Below, piece by piece: positions 8,436 through 18,687 of a DNA stretch of 64,000 nt; within the stretch, counting starts at the first letter, position 1, and each line of letters begins with the position of its first letter. The DNA comes from Spirochaetales bacterium (GTDB taxonomy: Bacteria > Spirochaetota > Spirochaetia > Treponematales > UBA12059). Made by a program: the position numbers and the translations under genes. The stretch is taken from positions 1 to 64,000 of the forward strand of contig JAFGJV010000029.1 in the NCBI GenBank assembly GCA_016928955.1, in the 5' to 3' direction. The notes under the pieces were generated by a model that searched no databases, was not told where the DNA came from, and worked only from the letters and a program-made list of their open reading frames with translations.

Positions 8436-9962
8436 CTAGCGGGCGTACTCGACGATACGCGTCTCCCGGATAATAGTCACTTTGATGCGGCCGGGATAGC
8501 GCATGTCCGTCTCGATTTTCTTGGCGATTTCCTTGCACAGGTCCTTGGCGTCGTCATCCGACACCTTCTCGTTGTTGACCAGGATGCGCAGTTCGCGGCC
8601 GGCCTGTATGGCAAAGGCCTTGTCCACGCCCGAGAAGCCCTCGGCTATGTTCTCAAGGCTCTCCAGCCGCTTGACGTAGTTGTCCAGGGTTTCCCTGCGC
8701 GCGCCCGGCCTGGCCGCCGATATGGCGTCGGCTATCTGGGTGAGCACGCTCTCTATGCATATAGGCTCTATGTCGGCGTGGTGGGAGCCGATGGCGTTGA
8801 CCACGCGCGGGTCCTCGCCGAGCTTCCTGGCCAGCTCCATGCCTATCTCGGCGTGGTTCTGGTCGGAATCCGACTCCACGCCCTTGCCTATGTCGTGGAG
8901 CAGGGCGCCGCGCTTGGCTATCTCGCGGTTGGCGCCGATCTCCGAGGCCAGCATGCCCGCTATCACGGCCACTTCCTTTGAGTGGGACAGGACGTTCTGG
9001 CCGTAACTGGTGCGGTAATGGAGGCGACCCAGGGCCCGTATGAGCTCGGGGTTGATGTTGTGGAGGCCAAGGTCAAAGACGACCTTCTCGCCCTCCTCGT
9101 AGATTTTCTGGGAAATTTCCCGGGTGACCTTCTGGACCACTTCCTCTATGCGCGCCGGGTGTATGCGGCCGTCGGCCACCAGGCGCTCCAGGGCGACTCG
9201 GGCTATCTCGCGGCGAACCGGGTCAAAGCACGATATGACCACCGCCTCGGGAGTGTCGTCTATGATGACGTCCACGCCGGTCAGGGTTTCCAGGGTGCGT
9301 ATGTTCCGGCCTTCCCGACCGATGATGCGGCCCTTCATCTCGTCGCCGGGCAGGGACACGCTGGTCACGGTCACCTCCGCGGTGACATCCGCGGCCAGGC
9401 GCTGCATGGTGGTAACCAGAATGTCGCGCGTGCGCTTCTCCGCAGCCGTCTGGGCTTCCTGCTCGATCTTGTTGAGCAGGGCCTGCGCGTCGTGCCGGGC
9501 CTCGTTTTCCAGGCCCTGGATGATGAGTTTCTTGGCTTCCTCCGCGGACAGGCCGGAAATGCGCTCGAGCTCGGCCCGGTAGCGCTCCTCCTGGCCCGCC
9601 AGGAAGGCCTCTTTGGACGAAATGACGGCGGCGCGCTCGTTCAGCGCGGCCTCATCCTTTTCCAGGCCCTCGATCTTCTTGTCGAGGTTCTCTTCCTTCT
9701 GTATGAGCCGGCGCTCGTAGCGCTGAATCTCGGCCCGTCGTTCCCGTTGTTCCCGTTCTTGCTGGTTCCGTTCCCGGATGAGTTGATCTTTGGTCTCGAG
9801 CAGGATCTCTTTCTTCTGTGCTTCTGCCTGCTTGATCGCTTCTTGCGTTATACGCGCGGCCTTCTGCTCGGCCGCCGTAAGTTGAAATCTGGCGTACAGC
9901 CAGCGGATCATCCATCCCAGGAAAACACCGGCAAGAGGGAGGGCTATGTAAAGTATAGCCAT
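8436..9962 (-). CDS. rny: Ribonuclease Y
   Basis: N-terminal TM, coiled coil, KH (KGRIIGREGRNIR), HD (LLHDIGK); GGGAGG RBS. Confidence 0.97.
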   Translation of the reverse strand: MAILYIALPLAGVFLGWMIRWLYARFQLTAAEQKAARITQEAIKQAEAQKKEILLETKDQLIRERNQQEREQRERRAEIQRYERRLIQKEENLDKKIEGLEKDEAALNERAAVISSKEAFLAGQEERYRAELERISGLSAEEAKKLIIQGLENEARHDAQALLNKIEQEAQTAAEKRTRDILVTTMQRLAADVTAEVTVTSVSLPGDEMKGRIIGREGRNIRTLETLTGVDVIIDDTPEAVVISCFDPVRREIARVALERLVADGRIHPARIEEVVQKVTREISQKIYEEGEKVVFDLGLHNINPELIRALGRLHYRTSYGQNVLSHSKEVAVIAGMLASEIGANREIAKRGALLHDIGKGVESDSDQNHAEIGMELARKLGEDPRVVNAIGSHHADIEPICIESVLTQIADAISAARPGARRETLDNYVKRLESLENIAEGFSGVDKAFAIQAGRELRILVNNEKVSDDDAKDLCKEIAKKIETDMRYPGRIKVTIIRETRIVEYAR

Positions 9963-9997
9963 GGCTTCCTCCCGCATGTATACATGTATGCAGGCTC

Positions 9998-10025
9998 ATT
10001 ATAGTGAATGGCAGGGCTTTGTCAA
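9998..10025 (-). promoter_or_regulatory. rny promoter
   Basis: TTGACA-16 bp-TATAAT. Confidence 0.8.
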
Positions 10026-10082
10026 GAAACGGCGCCGTGTCAGGATGCTCGTTGACCGGGTATCCTGCACGGCTGTATCATG

Positions 10083-10220
10083 AGGCTCTTTCAAAAGTCT
10101 GACGAATTTTGAAAGAGCTACATATTAGGACGTGATTTGCGTAGCGGTCGCGAAATATACAAACAACCGCGAGCAACCGCAAAGCCAATTTCAGTAGTAA
10201 CAGACTTTTGAAATTGGCTC
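10083..10220. mobile_element. Putative MITE-like element
   Basis: AT-rich 138 bp with imperfect terminal inverted repeats (tttcaaaagtctg / cagacttttgaaa), flanked by TCATG on both sides. Confidence 0.55.
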
Positions 10221-10310
10221 TCATGGCGGGGACGCGGGGGCTTTAGCGTATCGTGCGCCCGCTCCGGACCGTTTTTGGAGAATATGGAGATCCCTCTGGG
10301 GAGGAAACTC

Positions 10311-10574
10311 ATGTCGCGCAAGATTTATGTGGGAAACCTCAACTACGCCACCCTGGAGGACAGCATCCGTGACATTTTTGCCCGCCATGGCCAGGTCGAG
10401 TCCGTAACGCTCGGGCGGGACCGCCTGAGCGGCCAGCCCAGGGGCTTTGCCTTTGTGGAAATGGCCACCGAGGCCCAGGCCGCCCTGGCCATCCGCGCCC
10501 TGGACGGTTCCGAACTGGACGGGCGCAGGCTCCGCGTCAACGCGGCCCAGGAGTCCAGGCGCCAGTCACCCTGA
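10311..10574 (+). CDS. RRM RNA-binding protein
   Basis: RNP2 IYVGNL and RNP1 RGFAFVEM; GGGAGG RBS. Confidence 0.93.
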   Translation: MSRKIYVGNLNYATLEDSIRDIFARHGQVESVTLGRDRLSGQPRGFAFVEMATEAQAALAIRALDGSELDGRRLRVNAAQESRRQSP

Positions 10575-11501
10575 CCCGGCCCCGTCCACCACGGCATCCA
10601 TACCGACGCGCCGCAGCACCTCGGCAAAACGATCGGGCACGGGCGCAAGGAAGCGCCGGCTGTCCGCTTCCCCGGGCAGGACTATACGCAATTCACGGGC
10701 GTGCAGCATGAGCGTGGCGTCAGGGAAACGCGCGTCCTTGCGGCCGTACACGGGATCGCCCAGAATCGGGCAGCCTATATGCCTGCAATGCACCCTGAGC
10801 TGGTGGGTGCGGCCCGTGTACAGCCTCAGGGCCAGGAGGGTGTAGCCTGCGGAACGTGCAAGAACGCGCCATTCGGTCAGGGCCCGCTTGCCTGTGCCCT
10901 CGGGCGACACGGCAAAGCGCTTACGGTCGCGCGGATCCCTGGCCAGCTGGGTGTCCAGGCGGCCGGTATCGGCGGGCGGAGAGCCCTGGACCACGGCCAG
11001 GTAGACCTTGACCGTGGAACGGGCGCGGAACTGGGCGGCCAGGAATTCCTGGGCGGCGGCTGTTTTGGCCGCTATGATGACGCCTGACGTGTCCTTGTCC
11101 AAACGGTGGACGATGCCCGCCCTGGCAGGCGCGTCGGTTCCGGCCGCGCGGGTAAGCCGGCCAAGCAGGGCGTTGGCCAGGGTGCCGCTCCAGTTGCCGT
11201 GGGCCGGATGGGTGACCATGCCCTGGGCCTTGTCTACCACGATGACGCTGTCGTTCTCAAAAAGCACGGACAGGTCTATGTCCTCGGCCAGGTCTGCCCG
11301 GTCTTCCTCGTCGCGCAGGCTGAGTTCGTAGCGGTCGTTTGCCTTGACCTCGCGGGACAGCTTGGCCGCCTTGCCGTTAACCCGGGCATCTTCCAGCCTG
11401 GCCTTGAGCTGGCTGCGCGTGAGGATGCCGGCCACGTCGGCTATGTAGCGGTCCAGCCGCATGGGGCCGTCCGCGTCCACCCTGCCCTCTATCCTGGCCA
11501 T
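10566..11501 (-). CDS. RluA/RluD family pseudouridine synthase
   Basis: S4-like N-terminus; HRLDKDTSG, TGRTHQLRVH, PILGDPVYG. Confidence 0.93.
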   Translation of the reverse strand: MARIEGRVDADGPMRLDRYIADVAGILTRSQLKARLEDARVNGKAAKLSREVKANDRYELSLRDEEDRADLAEDIDLSVLFENDSVIVVDKAQGMVTHPAHGNWSGTLANALLGRLTRAAGTDAPARAGIVHRLDKDTSGVIIAAKTAAAQEFLAAQFRARSTVKVYLAVVQGSPPADTGRLDTQLARDPRDRKRFAVSPEGTGKRALTEWRVLARSAGYTLLALRLYTGRTHQLRVHCRHIGCPILGDPVYGRKDARFPDATLMLHARELRIVLPGEADSRRFLAPVPDRFAEVLRRVGMDAVVDGAGSG

Positions 11502-11553
11502 GTTCCTCCCCGCGCTGTACAGCGCAACCCGCCATGCCCTATACTCGGTAGGC

Positions 11554-12369
11554 ATGATACCAGAAAAACCAAGGTCTGGAGAACGCCCGTCCTGGGGATC
11601 TTGGCCCCTGCCCAAGGACGAAGGCGCCCGCGAGCACCGCTTTGGGGACACGACGCTGGTGGTGGCGGCCGACAAGGCCGGCGAGGGAGACGTGCTGGCC
11701 GCCGCGGTCCTGTACGGCAGGGGCGGCCGGACGCCCGGGAAAAAGTCCCGCGTCCTTGCCTTGCCGCCGCCTGGCGACCCGGCGTGGAAACGCGTGCACA
11801 CACCCTCGGCAGGTGACTACTCACTCATGCCCGGCTACCCGTCCCTGCCCGTGTGCCTGTCCCTGCGCCAGCCCTTCATCCTGGCTCCCGGAGCCCGCGT
11901 GGAGGGCTGGATATGCTCCCACGCGGAGGCCCGGCTCGTGCTCGGCGGGGCCGAGGCCGTCAGCCTGCCCCTTGCCCGTCCGTACAAGACCCTGTACGGC
12001 AGCCCGGAATCGGGCGTGGTATGCAGGCATGACGAGACGGACTTCCTAGCGGGCGACGAGCTGCTCCTCGCGTCGCTCAAGAGCGACCCCCGGCTGATAG
12101 CCCACCCTGTGCGCCTACACAACGCGTCCAGCGCCCCGGTATCGGTGGCCGAGCTGTGCGTGTACGGCGAACAGCTGTCCGTGCTGGCGGACGCGGGGGG
12201 CCTACGGAGCGAGCGCCTGTCCTTTGTGTTCAGCGAGTCAGGCGTCAAGATGAGGCTGGACGGCGCCGTTCCCCAGGGAAGCGCCGTGCTGGCCAAGCCC
12301 CGGGTGTCCGGCGAGGAGCGCTTCATAGAACGCTCCTTCGAGGTATGGAAGGCGATAACCAAATGGTAG
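11554..12369 (+). CDS. DUF432-like hypothetical protein
   Basis: KTLYGSPESGVVC motif; overlaps the mscS start. Confidence 0.55.
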   Translation: MIPEKPRSGERPSWGSWPLPKDEGAREHRFGDTTLVVAADKAGEGDVLAAAVLYGRGGRTPGKKSRVLALPPPGDPAWKRVHTPSAGDYSLMPGYPSLPVCLSLRQPFILAPGARVEGWICSHAEARLVLGGAEAVSLPLARPYKTLYGSPESGVVCRHDETDFLAGDELLLASLKSDPRLIAHPVRLHNASSAPVSVAELCVYGEQLSVLADAGGLRSERLSFVFSESGVKMRLDGAVPQGSAVLAKPRVSGEERFIERSFEVWKAITKW

Positions 12370-13313
12370 GAACAGAAGGCACGCTCGGCGCGGCGGCCGG
12401 GCAGGAACCCGCGCTGGAAGCGGCCGCGGAAACGGCGGCTGAGGGCGCGGACACCATCCTGGGCTTCATACCGGCAGACGGCGTGCTGGGCCGGATATTC
12501 TCCATGGACACGGCGCTCAAGGTGGGCCGGGTGGCACTGATTATCGTGGCGGGCCTCGTGCTGGTCGGGCTCGCCGTGTCCATCCTCAGGCGGATGACGC
12601 GCAGGCGCATGGACGCTCGCACCAGCGCCCTTTTGGTCAAACTGGCCCAATACCTGGGCTTTGCCCTGATAGCCATCAATGCCTTTGAGGCGGCCGAGGT
12701 GGACCTGTCGGCCCTCTTAGGCGCGGCCGGCATAGCCGGGATAGCCCTGGGCTTTGCCGCCCAGACATCGGTGTCCAATTTCATAAGCGGCTTTTTCCTG
12801 ATGTCGGACAAGACCTTTGCCCAAGGCGACGTGCTCAGCGTCAACGGCCTGACCGGCGTGGTCACCGCCGTGGACGCGCTGTCAGTCAAGCTCCGGACCT
12901 TTGACAACCAGCTGGTGCGCATACCCAACGAGACGCTGATCAAGGCCGACGTGGCCAACGTGACGCGCTACCCCGCCAGGCGCCTGGACATGAAGCTGAC
13001 CCTCACCTACGGAACGGACATGGACGCTGCCCGGACGGCCCTGGTCGGGGCGGTGTTGGGCGACGTCTACGCCCTCCGCAAGCCCGAGCCCCTGTTCCTG
13101 GTCCGTGGCCTTGGCGACAACGGCATAGACGTGCTCCTGGGCGCATGGTTGGCCGCGGACGACTGGGTGGAGGGGACGAACAGCCTGTACTCGTCGGTTG
13201 TGGCCGCCTTGTCCGAGGCCGGGCTCGGACTGGCCTATCCGACCATCACGGTGCTGCAGGACGACGGCGCGCCGCAAAAAACCGCGCGCCAGCCATCCGG
13301 CGCCAGGCGGTGA
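12363..13313 (+). CDS. mscS: Small-conductance mechanosensitive channel (MscS family)
   Basis: AGIAGIALGFAAQTSVSNFISG, LRTFDNQLVRIPN. Confidence 0.92.
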   Translation: MVGTEGTLGAAAGQEPALEAAAETAAEGADTILGFIPADGVLGRIFSMDTALKVGRVALIIVAGLVLVGLAVSILRRMTRRRMDARTSALLVKLAQYLGFALIAINAFEAAEVDLSALLGAAGIAGIALGFAAQTSVSNFISGFFLMSDKTFAQGDVLSVNGLTGVVTAVDALSVKLRTFDNQLVRIPNETLIKADVANVTRYPARRLDMKLTLTYGTDMDAARTALVGAVLGDVYALRKPEPLFLVRGLGDNGIDVLLGAWLAADDWVEGTNSLYSSVVAALSEAGLGLAYPTITVLQDDGAPQKTARQPSGARR

Positions 13314-13430
13314 AACCCCACGGCGCAGTGGGGCTTCCGATAAGCCTCTTTTTCTTGACGCGGAATGTCAGCATACCGTATCTTGGCTGTACGGGGACAC
13401 GGCCGCACAGCCTGCCCGGAAGGAGTACTC

Positions 13431-13877
13431 ATGAACAAGGAAAACGCCCTGGCCAGGGTCAGCCTCTTTGCCAACCTTGACGCCAAGTACATCAAGGGCA
13501 TTGCCCAGATTAGCACCGAACGCACCTTTCAGCCGGGCGAGCACCTGATGAAGCAGGGCGAGGACGGCATAGGCCTGTTCATCATCCTGTCCGGCAAGGT
13601 CAAGATCGAAAAGACCGATCCCGCCGGCAAGCAGGTGGAACTGGCGTCCAACGGCCCCGGGGACATCATGGGCGAGCTGGCCGTCCTGGACGGCGCCAAG
13701 CGCACGGCCACCGTCACCGCGGTCGAGCCAACCGTGTGCCTGGTCCTGGCCGCGTGGGAATTCAACTCGTTCATGAAAACCCACCCGGAAGTGGCCATAG
13801 ACATCCTGCCCATCGTGGTCAAGCGCTTCCGCGAAACCAACGACGCCCTGATAGGCATGGCGGGAGTCCGCGTCTAA
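13431..13877 (+). CDS. Stand-alone cyclic-nucleotide-binding domain protein
   Basis: GDIMGELAVLDGAKRTATV phosphate-binding cassette; AAGGAG RBS. Confidence 0.9.
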   Translation: MNKENALARVSLFANLDAKYIKGIAQISTERTFQPGEHLMKQGEDGIGLFIILSGKVKIEKTDPAGKQVELASNGPGDIMGELAVLDGAKRTATVTAVEPTVCLVLAAWEFNSFMKTHPEVAIDILPIVVKRFRETNDALIGMAGVRV

Positions 13878-13904
13878 AGCCCCGCGTGCTACCTGGTATT
13901 AGAG

Positions 13905-13946
13905 CGGCCGCCATGAGAACTCCTGTTCCCATGGCGGCCTTTTTTT
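13905..13946 (+). terminator. Intrinsic terminator
   Basis: ggccgccatg...catggcggcc followed by a T tract. Confidence 0.75.
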
Positions 13947-13973
13947 CGCGCGCGGCGCGAGCACAGAGGACGG

Positions 13974-14696
13974 CTAGCTCCGCGCGGCCGCGCCTACGGC
14001 AAGGACCCAGCGCTCAAACACGTGCTCGGGCTTGAACGCCGCCGCCCCTCCGCGCACCACCAGGTCTGCATGAGAAAAGACGCCCAGTCGCGGATGCCCC
14101 GGATGGGGCAAGGCGACGCAGGCCATGCCGGCGGCCCGGGCAGCCATAAGGCCCGGCTCCGAGTCCTCAAGCACCAGGCAGGCGGCGGGCGGCGTTCCCA
14201 GTCGGCGCGCCGCTTCCAGGAACACGTCCGGCTCGGGCTTGCCCCGCGGCACCTCTGAGCCGGACACCCTGACCGGAAACAGGTCCCCAAGGCCGAGCAT
14301 GTCAAGCGTGGCGTCTATGACCGGCGGCGTTGATCCGGACGCTATTGCCACAGGTATGCCCCAGGCCCAGAGCTCGCGGGCAAAAGCCTCCACGCCGGGG
14401 AAACTGCGCAGACGCCCCCTGGCGTGTTCAAGGTAGGCCGCGTCCTTACGCCGGGCGCGCTCGGCCAGACTCATGCTGTGTAGGGGACTGGCCGGGAATC
14501 GGGTTTCCATCTCCCGGAAAAATTCGTTGGAGCCGCGCCCGACCATGGCGGCGTTCAGCTCGCCGTGGTAGTCGATGCCGAAGCCCGCCAGGAAGGCGCG
14601 GTCGCTCTCCCAGTACACGGGCTCCGAGTCCACTAGGGTGCCGTCCAGGTCAAAGAGGACCGTTTCCACCGGGCGCGTCTGCGTGTCCTCGTTCAT
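13974..14696 (-). CDS. HAD family phosphatase
   Basis: FDLDGTLVDSE, GKPEPDVF, LEDSEPG. Confidence 0.9.
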   Translation of the reverse strand: MNEDTQTRPVETVLFDLDGTLVDSEPVYWESDRAFLAGFGIDYHGELNAAMVGRGSNEFFREMETRFPASPLHSMSLAERARRKDAAYLEHARGRLRSFPGVEAFARELWAWGIPVAIASGSTPPVIDATLDMLGLGDLFPVRVSGSEVPRGKPEPDVFLEAARRLGTPPAACLVLEDSEPGLMAARAAGMACVALPHPGHPRLGVFSHADLVVRGGAAAFKPEHVFERWVLAVGAAARS

Positions 14697-15598
14697 GCCC
14701 TGCCAGCCTTGCCGCCCCGGACCAGGGAAAAGAGCTTTTTTACCAGGCCAAGCCGGCCAAAGCACAGCCACCACAACAGGGCAGCAAGCAGCACTGCCGG
14801 CACGCCGTACACCAGGAGGCCAACCACGGCCACCACCGCGACCCTGAGCACGTCGCCAAGGCCGGAGAACAGGGTGGACAGGGCCTTGCCCAGGCTCGGC
14901 TTGGACGGATCCACCACGCGTTCCGGGGTTATGGTCACCGAGAGCGACGCCAGTTGTATGCGCTGGGACAGGTCCCTGAAGGAACCTTCCATCCATTCGA
15001 TTTCCGTGGTGATGTCAGACAGGCTCCGCTCGACGGCCAGAATATCCTCTATGGACGAGGCCGAGCGCAGATAGCTCCGGTAGCGTTCCTCCAGGAGGCG
15101 CTTGTTGCGGAGGCGTCCTTCCAGGTCAAAATAGCTGTCGGTCACGTCATCGGCCGAAAGGGAGCTGGACAGCTGGCGACCCGAGCCTGCCAACTTGGCC
15201 ATGATGGGCTCAAGCTGGGCCACGGGCACGCGGACGGACAGCCAGGTACGGTACTCCGCCGACGTGCGGGTCTCCACGTAGCCACCGGCTGACGTGACCG
15301 CGGCCACAAGCGTCGCCTCAACGGCGGACGGATCGGCGGCTTCTATGTCCATGCTGGCCGTGTACACCAGTTTCCTGCCCGCCTGGTCGGACGCGGCAGG
15401 TTCGGCAGGGGCCTGGTTGCCCGTTGGCGCGGACTTGGCGGCGGGCGACGCTTCTGCCAAAACCATTCCGCGGCCGCCTTCAAAGGCCAGGCCGCCGAGC
15501 GCGTCCATGTCTGACGCCGCGTTCTTGGCGGAACAGGAGCCAAGTCCGGCTATCAAACCCAGAACGGCCAGCGCCGTCACCATGCTGCGATGCTTCAT
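14693..15598 (-). CDS. DUF4349-type lipoprotein
   Basis: Lipobox LGSC; RKLVYTASM, DVTDSYFDLEGRL; C-terminal TM helices. Confidence 0.8.
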   Translation of the reverse strand: MKHRSMVTALAVLGLIAGLGSCSAKNAASDMDALGGLAFEGGRGMVLAEASPAAKSAPTGNQAPAEPAASDQAGRKLVYTASMDIEAADPSAVEATLVAAVTSAGGYVETRTSAEYRTWLSVRVPVAQLEPIMAKLAGSGRQLSSSLSADDVTDSYFDLEGRLRNKRLLEERYRSYLRSASSIEDILAVERSLSDITTEIEWMEGSFRDLSQRIQLASLSVTITPERVVDPSKPSLGKALSTLFSGLGDVLRVAVVAVVGLLVYGVPAVLLAALLWWLCFGRLGLVKKLFSLVRGGKAGRA

Positions 15599-15648
15599 AC
15601 GTGTACTCCTTGCGTATCTGGTCAAAAACGAGGCGGCTTGGGGGCTGG

Positions 15649-16497
15649 TTACACCCAGCCAAGGCCGGGCACCAGGCGCTTGTCCCCTCCGGCCGGCCCA
15701 GCGCCGTATGGGAGGGGTTCCACGCCGGCGGCGTGCCGGCCGTAATACTGCACCTCCCAGAGGAACAGGCCCCGCGCGGGCGCCGTCTGCCCTGCCCGCG
15801 CCCGTTCCCCGGATTCAAGGATATCTTTCAGAGCCCTGTCTGGCGCCCCGTCCCGCTCCAGCCCTATCAGCGTGCCGGTGAGGGAGCGCACCATGCGCCA
15901 GAGGAAGGCGTTGGCGGCCACGTCAAAAACCAGGCTGTCGCCCTCAGCGTAAAACACCGCGTGGTGCAGGTAACGCCAGCGGTGGGGACTGGGATCCTTG
16001 GCCGCGGCAAAGGCCGTGCAGTCCAGCTCGCCGCGCAGGCAGGCGGCCAGCCGGTTGAGCTTGGCCAGGTCTGGCCTGCCCGGCAGGCGCCACGCGTAGC
16101 GGTCCTTCCAGGGCAGGGCCGCGCCGCCTGAGTACATGAAATACTTGTAGCGACGCAGGCGAGCGTCGTGCCTGGCGTTGAAGTTCGGGTCAGCCTCCTC
16201 AGATGCCAGGACGCGGACGTCCCGGGGCAGGAGCTTGTTCAGGGCATGAAGGAAGCGCTCCGGGGCTATGGACGCTATGTCCGTGTGAAAGTGGGCAACC
16301 TGTCCCGCGGCGTGCACGCCGGCGTCCGTGCGCCCTGCGCCTACCACGCCCAGCGGCCTCCCGTGCATCTTGCCCAGGGCGTGCTCGAGGGTCTCCTGCA
16401 CCGACCGGTCGCCGGCCTGCCGCTGCCAGCCGGCAAAATCAGTGCCGTCGTACGCCAGGGTCAGCTTGATGCAGCGTTCAGGCCTCATCGTCGTCAT
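15649..16497 (-). CDS. truA: tRNA pseudouridine(38-40) synthase
   Basis: YDGTDFAGWQRQ, GRTDAGVHA, FLWRMVR. Confidence 0.95.
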   Translation of the reverse strand: MTTMRPERCIKLTLAYDGTDFAGWQRQAGDRSVQETLEHALGKMHGRPLGVVGAGRTDAGVHAAGQVAHFHTDIASIAPERFLHALNKLLPRDVRVLASEEADPNFNARHDARLRRYKYFMYSGGAALPWKDRYAWRLPGRPDLAKLNRLAACLRGELDCTAFAAAKDPSPHRWRYLHHAVFYAEGDSLVFDVAANAFLWRMVRSLTGTLIGLERDGAPDRALKDILESGERARAGQTAPARGLFLWEVQYYGRHAAGVEPLPYGAGPAGGDKRLVPGLGWV

Positions 16498-17362
16498 CTG
16501 GTTCCTGGAGCTCGGCCTTGAGACGGTCGTACAGGTCTCTGGCCATTTCCAGAAGCGGGCCCGGCTTGGCCTTGGTTTTCTTGCCCAGGCCGAACATGCG
16601 CGCCACCGCTATCTTGGCCGACGCCAGGCGCTCGCGTCGCTGGTCATGGTCGTCCTTGGGACCGTATTTCAGCTCCAGGATGGACCACATGTACAGCACG
16701 CCCTCGTGGCCGTAGTTCTTGTCCGTGTCTGGGCCCAGGTTCCTGACCGACGAGTACGGCTCCTTGCCGCTCTGCTCGAGTTCAAGGGCCAGGCGGTAGA
16801 AATAGCGGGCCTTGCGGTACAGAAGCCCGGCCACGTAATCCCAGTTCTCGTTCGGGGCCTTGCGGTGCAGGTCGTTGCACAGCCAGGCGGCACGCAGGGA
16901 CGACAGGGCGCTTTTGATGGTTGGCGAGAATTCCTTGCTCGCCCCGTCGTAGCAGAGCAGGGCCAGGTAGTAGCTGGCGGCGCCTTCCAGAAGCCGGCGC
17001 GGGTCTTGGTAGTCCAGGCCAGGAAAGATGCGCTGCACTTCCTCCACGCGGTAGGGTATGCGCTCCCGCTGGAAGTCCCCGGTCTTCTGAGCCATGGCCT
17101 GGAAATCAGGCCGGAAAGCCGCGTAAAAGCACGACGGGCACACGTCAACCTCGTAGGCCAGCGGGTACACCTCGCCAAAGGCGTGGGTGGGCTTGTACGT
17201 GCGGTGAAGCTCGTCGGTGAGGTCGTCCGCGTTCACCCTGCCCGAAAACAGCTCTTCCCTGCGGAACGACGCGTCGCATATCGGACAGCGTATGGCTTCT
17301 TTGGTGAAAAACGTGATCTTGCGTTCTTTTTCCTGCTTGGGAGCTGGCTGGTTTCTGAGCAC
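16478..17362 (-). CDS. DUF2225-type Zn-binding protein
   Basis: CPIC and CPSC pairs, LRAAWL; lies between acpS and truA. Confidence 0.75.
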   Translation of the reverse strand: MLRNQPAPKQEKERKITFFTKEAIRCPICDASFRREELFSGRVNADDLTDELHRTYKPTHAFGEVYPLAYEVDVCPSCFYAAFRPDFQAMAQKTGDFQRERIPYRVEEVQRIFPGLDYQDPRRLLEGAASYYLALLCYDGASKEFSPTIKSALSSLRAAWLCNDLHRKAPNENWDYVAGLLYRKARYFYRLALELEQSGKEPYSSVRNLGPDTDKNYGHEGVLYMWSILELKYGPKDDHDQRRERLASAKIAVARMFGLGKKTKAKPGPLLEMARDLYDRLKAELQEPDDDDEA

Positions 17363-17734
17363 CTAGGCCTCCATCACGACCATGGCTATGGCGTTGTCCC
17401 GCTCGTGGGTCAGGGACAGGTGTATAGACTGGCCGCCGACGTTCCTGAAACGCTCCAGGGCGCTGCCATACAGAACGATGCCCGGCCTGCCGTTGTGGTT
17501 GTTGAGTACCTGTATGTCGCCGAGCTTGATGCCCCGGAGACCCGTGCCCAAGGCCTTTCCAAAGGCTTCCTTGGCGGCAAAGCGGGCGGCCAGGGACAGG
17601 GCCGCCGCGTGCCCGCGGGACTTGGCCGACTCAAGCTCGTCGGGGTGGAAAAACCGTTCCGGTAGGCCCGGCACGGACAGCCAGCGCTCGAGCCTGCGGA
17701 CATGCACCACGTCCACGCCTATGCCTATGATCAT
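17363..17734 (-). CDS. acpS: Holo-ACP synthase
   Basis: GIGVD, ARFAAKEAFGKALGTG, LSLTHE. Confidence 0.95.
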   Translation of the reverse strand: MIIGIGVDVVHVRRLERWLSVPGLPERFFHPDELESAKSRGHAAALSLAARFAAKEAFGKALGTGLRGIKLGDIQVLNNHNGRPGIVLYGSALERFRNVGGQSIHLSLTHERDNAIAMVVMEA

Positions 17735-18687
17735 TGGTCCTCCGCCGCGGCCTGCCCGGTGACGGTGATGGTGATCACCAGGGGCTGCCAGGATTCCACG
17801 CTGACGCCGTCCGGGAAGGCAGGGGTAACGGCGACCGTGTACACGCCGGCGCCGGCCACGCCCGACAGGTCCGCGCGGAGGGACGCGCCGCCCGCGTCCA
17901 TGGCGTCCAGCTCCGCCCTGGTGGCCAGGACGCGCGCGGAACCCGCGGGCAGGTCAGACGCCAGGCTGAGGCCGTCTGCCAGCCCGCTGGCCTGTATGGG
18001 CACGTCCTCAAAGGTCCGGTACACCACGGCCTTGCGCACCTCCGCGGAAAATTGCGCCCACTCCGCGGACACGTAATCGACCAGTGGCTGGTCCACGACG
18101 ATCCTGACGCGCAGGTCAAAGTCCTCCGAACGGCCGGACAGCTCCACAGGTTCGGTCGAAAGATCCGCAAGGCCATCCACCACGCTGGCGGGGCCCGCCA
18201 CCTCCACCGAAGACGGCTCCAGGGTGAAATCGGCCAACTCGTAGCCGGGCTCCAGGTAGCCGCGGAAACTCGGCAGCACATCCAGCCTGCGGGACACCCT
18301 CGGTTCCAGAACCAGGCTGAGTTCCCGCGGCTCGGCGCTTACCTCCATGGAGTCCATGCTTGCGGCCGCTCCGCGCGCCAGCACGGACACGGGCACACGG
18401 TAGGTACCGCCCACCTCAAAGCCCCTGAGGTCGAGCGTCGCCTGAAAATCGTCCTCGCCGACCGCGTAGATGGCGTCGGGCTCGCCCCGGAGGACCAGGG
18501 TAACAGAGTCGGGGTAGACCGTGGCCGATGAGAACTGCTCGTTCTCCAGCACGGTCAGCGTCACCGACAGGGGGCGCTCCTCCAGGCGGTTGAGCTGGAA
18601 GAAGGCAAAGATGGCTCCGGCGGCCACCAGGGACAGCACCTTGGCGGCCCAGTCGTCCAGCAGGCGCTCGGGCCTGAATCTAGGCAT
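17731..18687 (-). CDS. cdaR: CdaR/YbbR-domain regulator of diadenylate cyclase
   Basis: N-terminal TM plus repeated YbbR-like modules (PSSVEVAGP); overlaps cdaA. Confidence 0.85.
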   Translation of the reverse strand: MPRFRPERLLDDWAAKVLSLVAAGAIFAFFQLNRLEERPLSVTLTVLENEQFSSATVYPDSVTLVLRGEPDAIYAVGEDDFQATLDLRGFEVGGTYRVPVSVLARGAAASMDSMEVSAEPRELSLVLEPRVSRRLDVLPSFRGYLEPGYELADFTLEPSSVEVAGPASVVDGLADLSTEPVELSGRSEDFDLRVRIVVDQPLVDYVSAEWAQFSAEVRKAVVYRTFEDVPIQASGLADGLSLASDLPAGSARVLATRAELDAMDAGGASLRADLSGVAGAGVYTVAVTPAFPDGVSVESWQPLVITITVTGQAAAEDQ

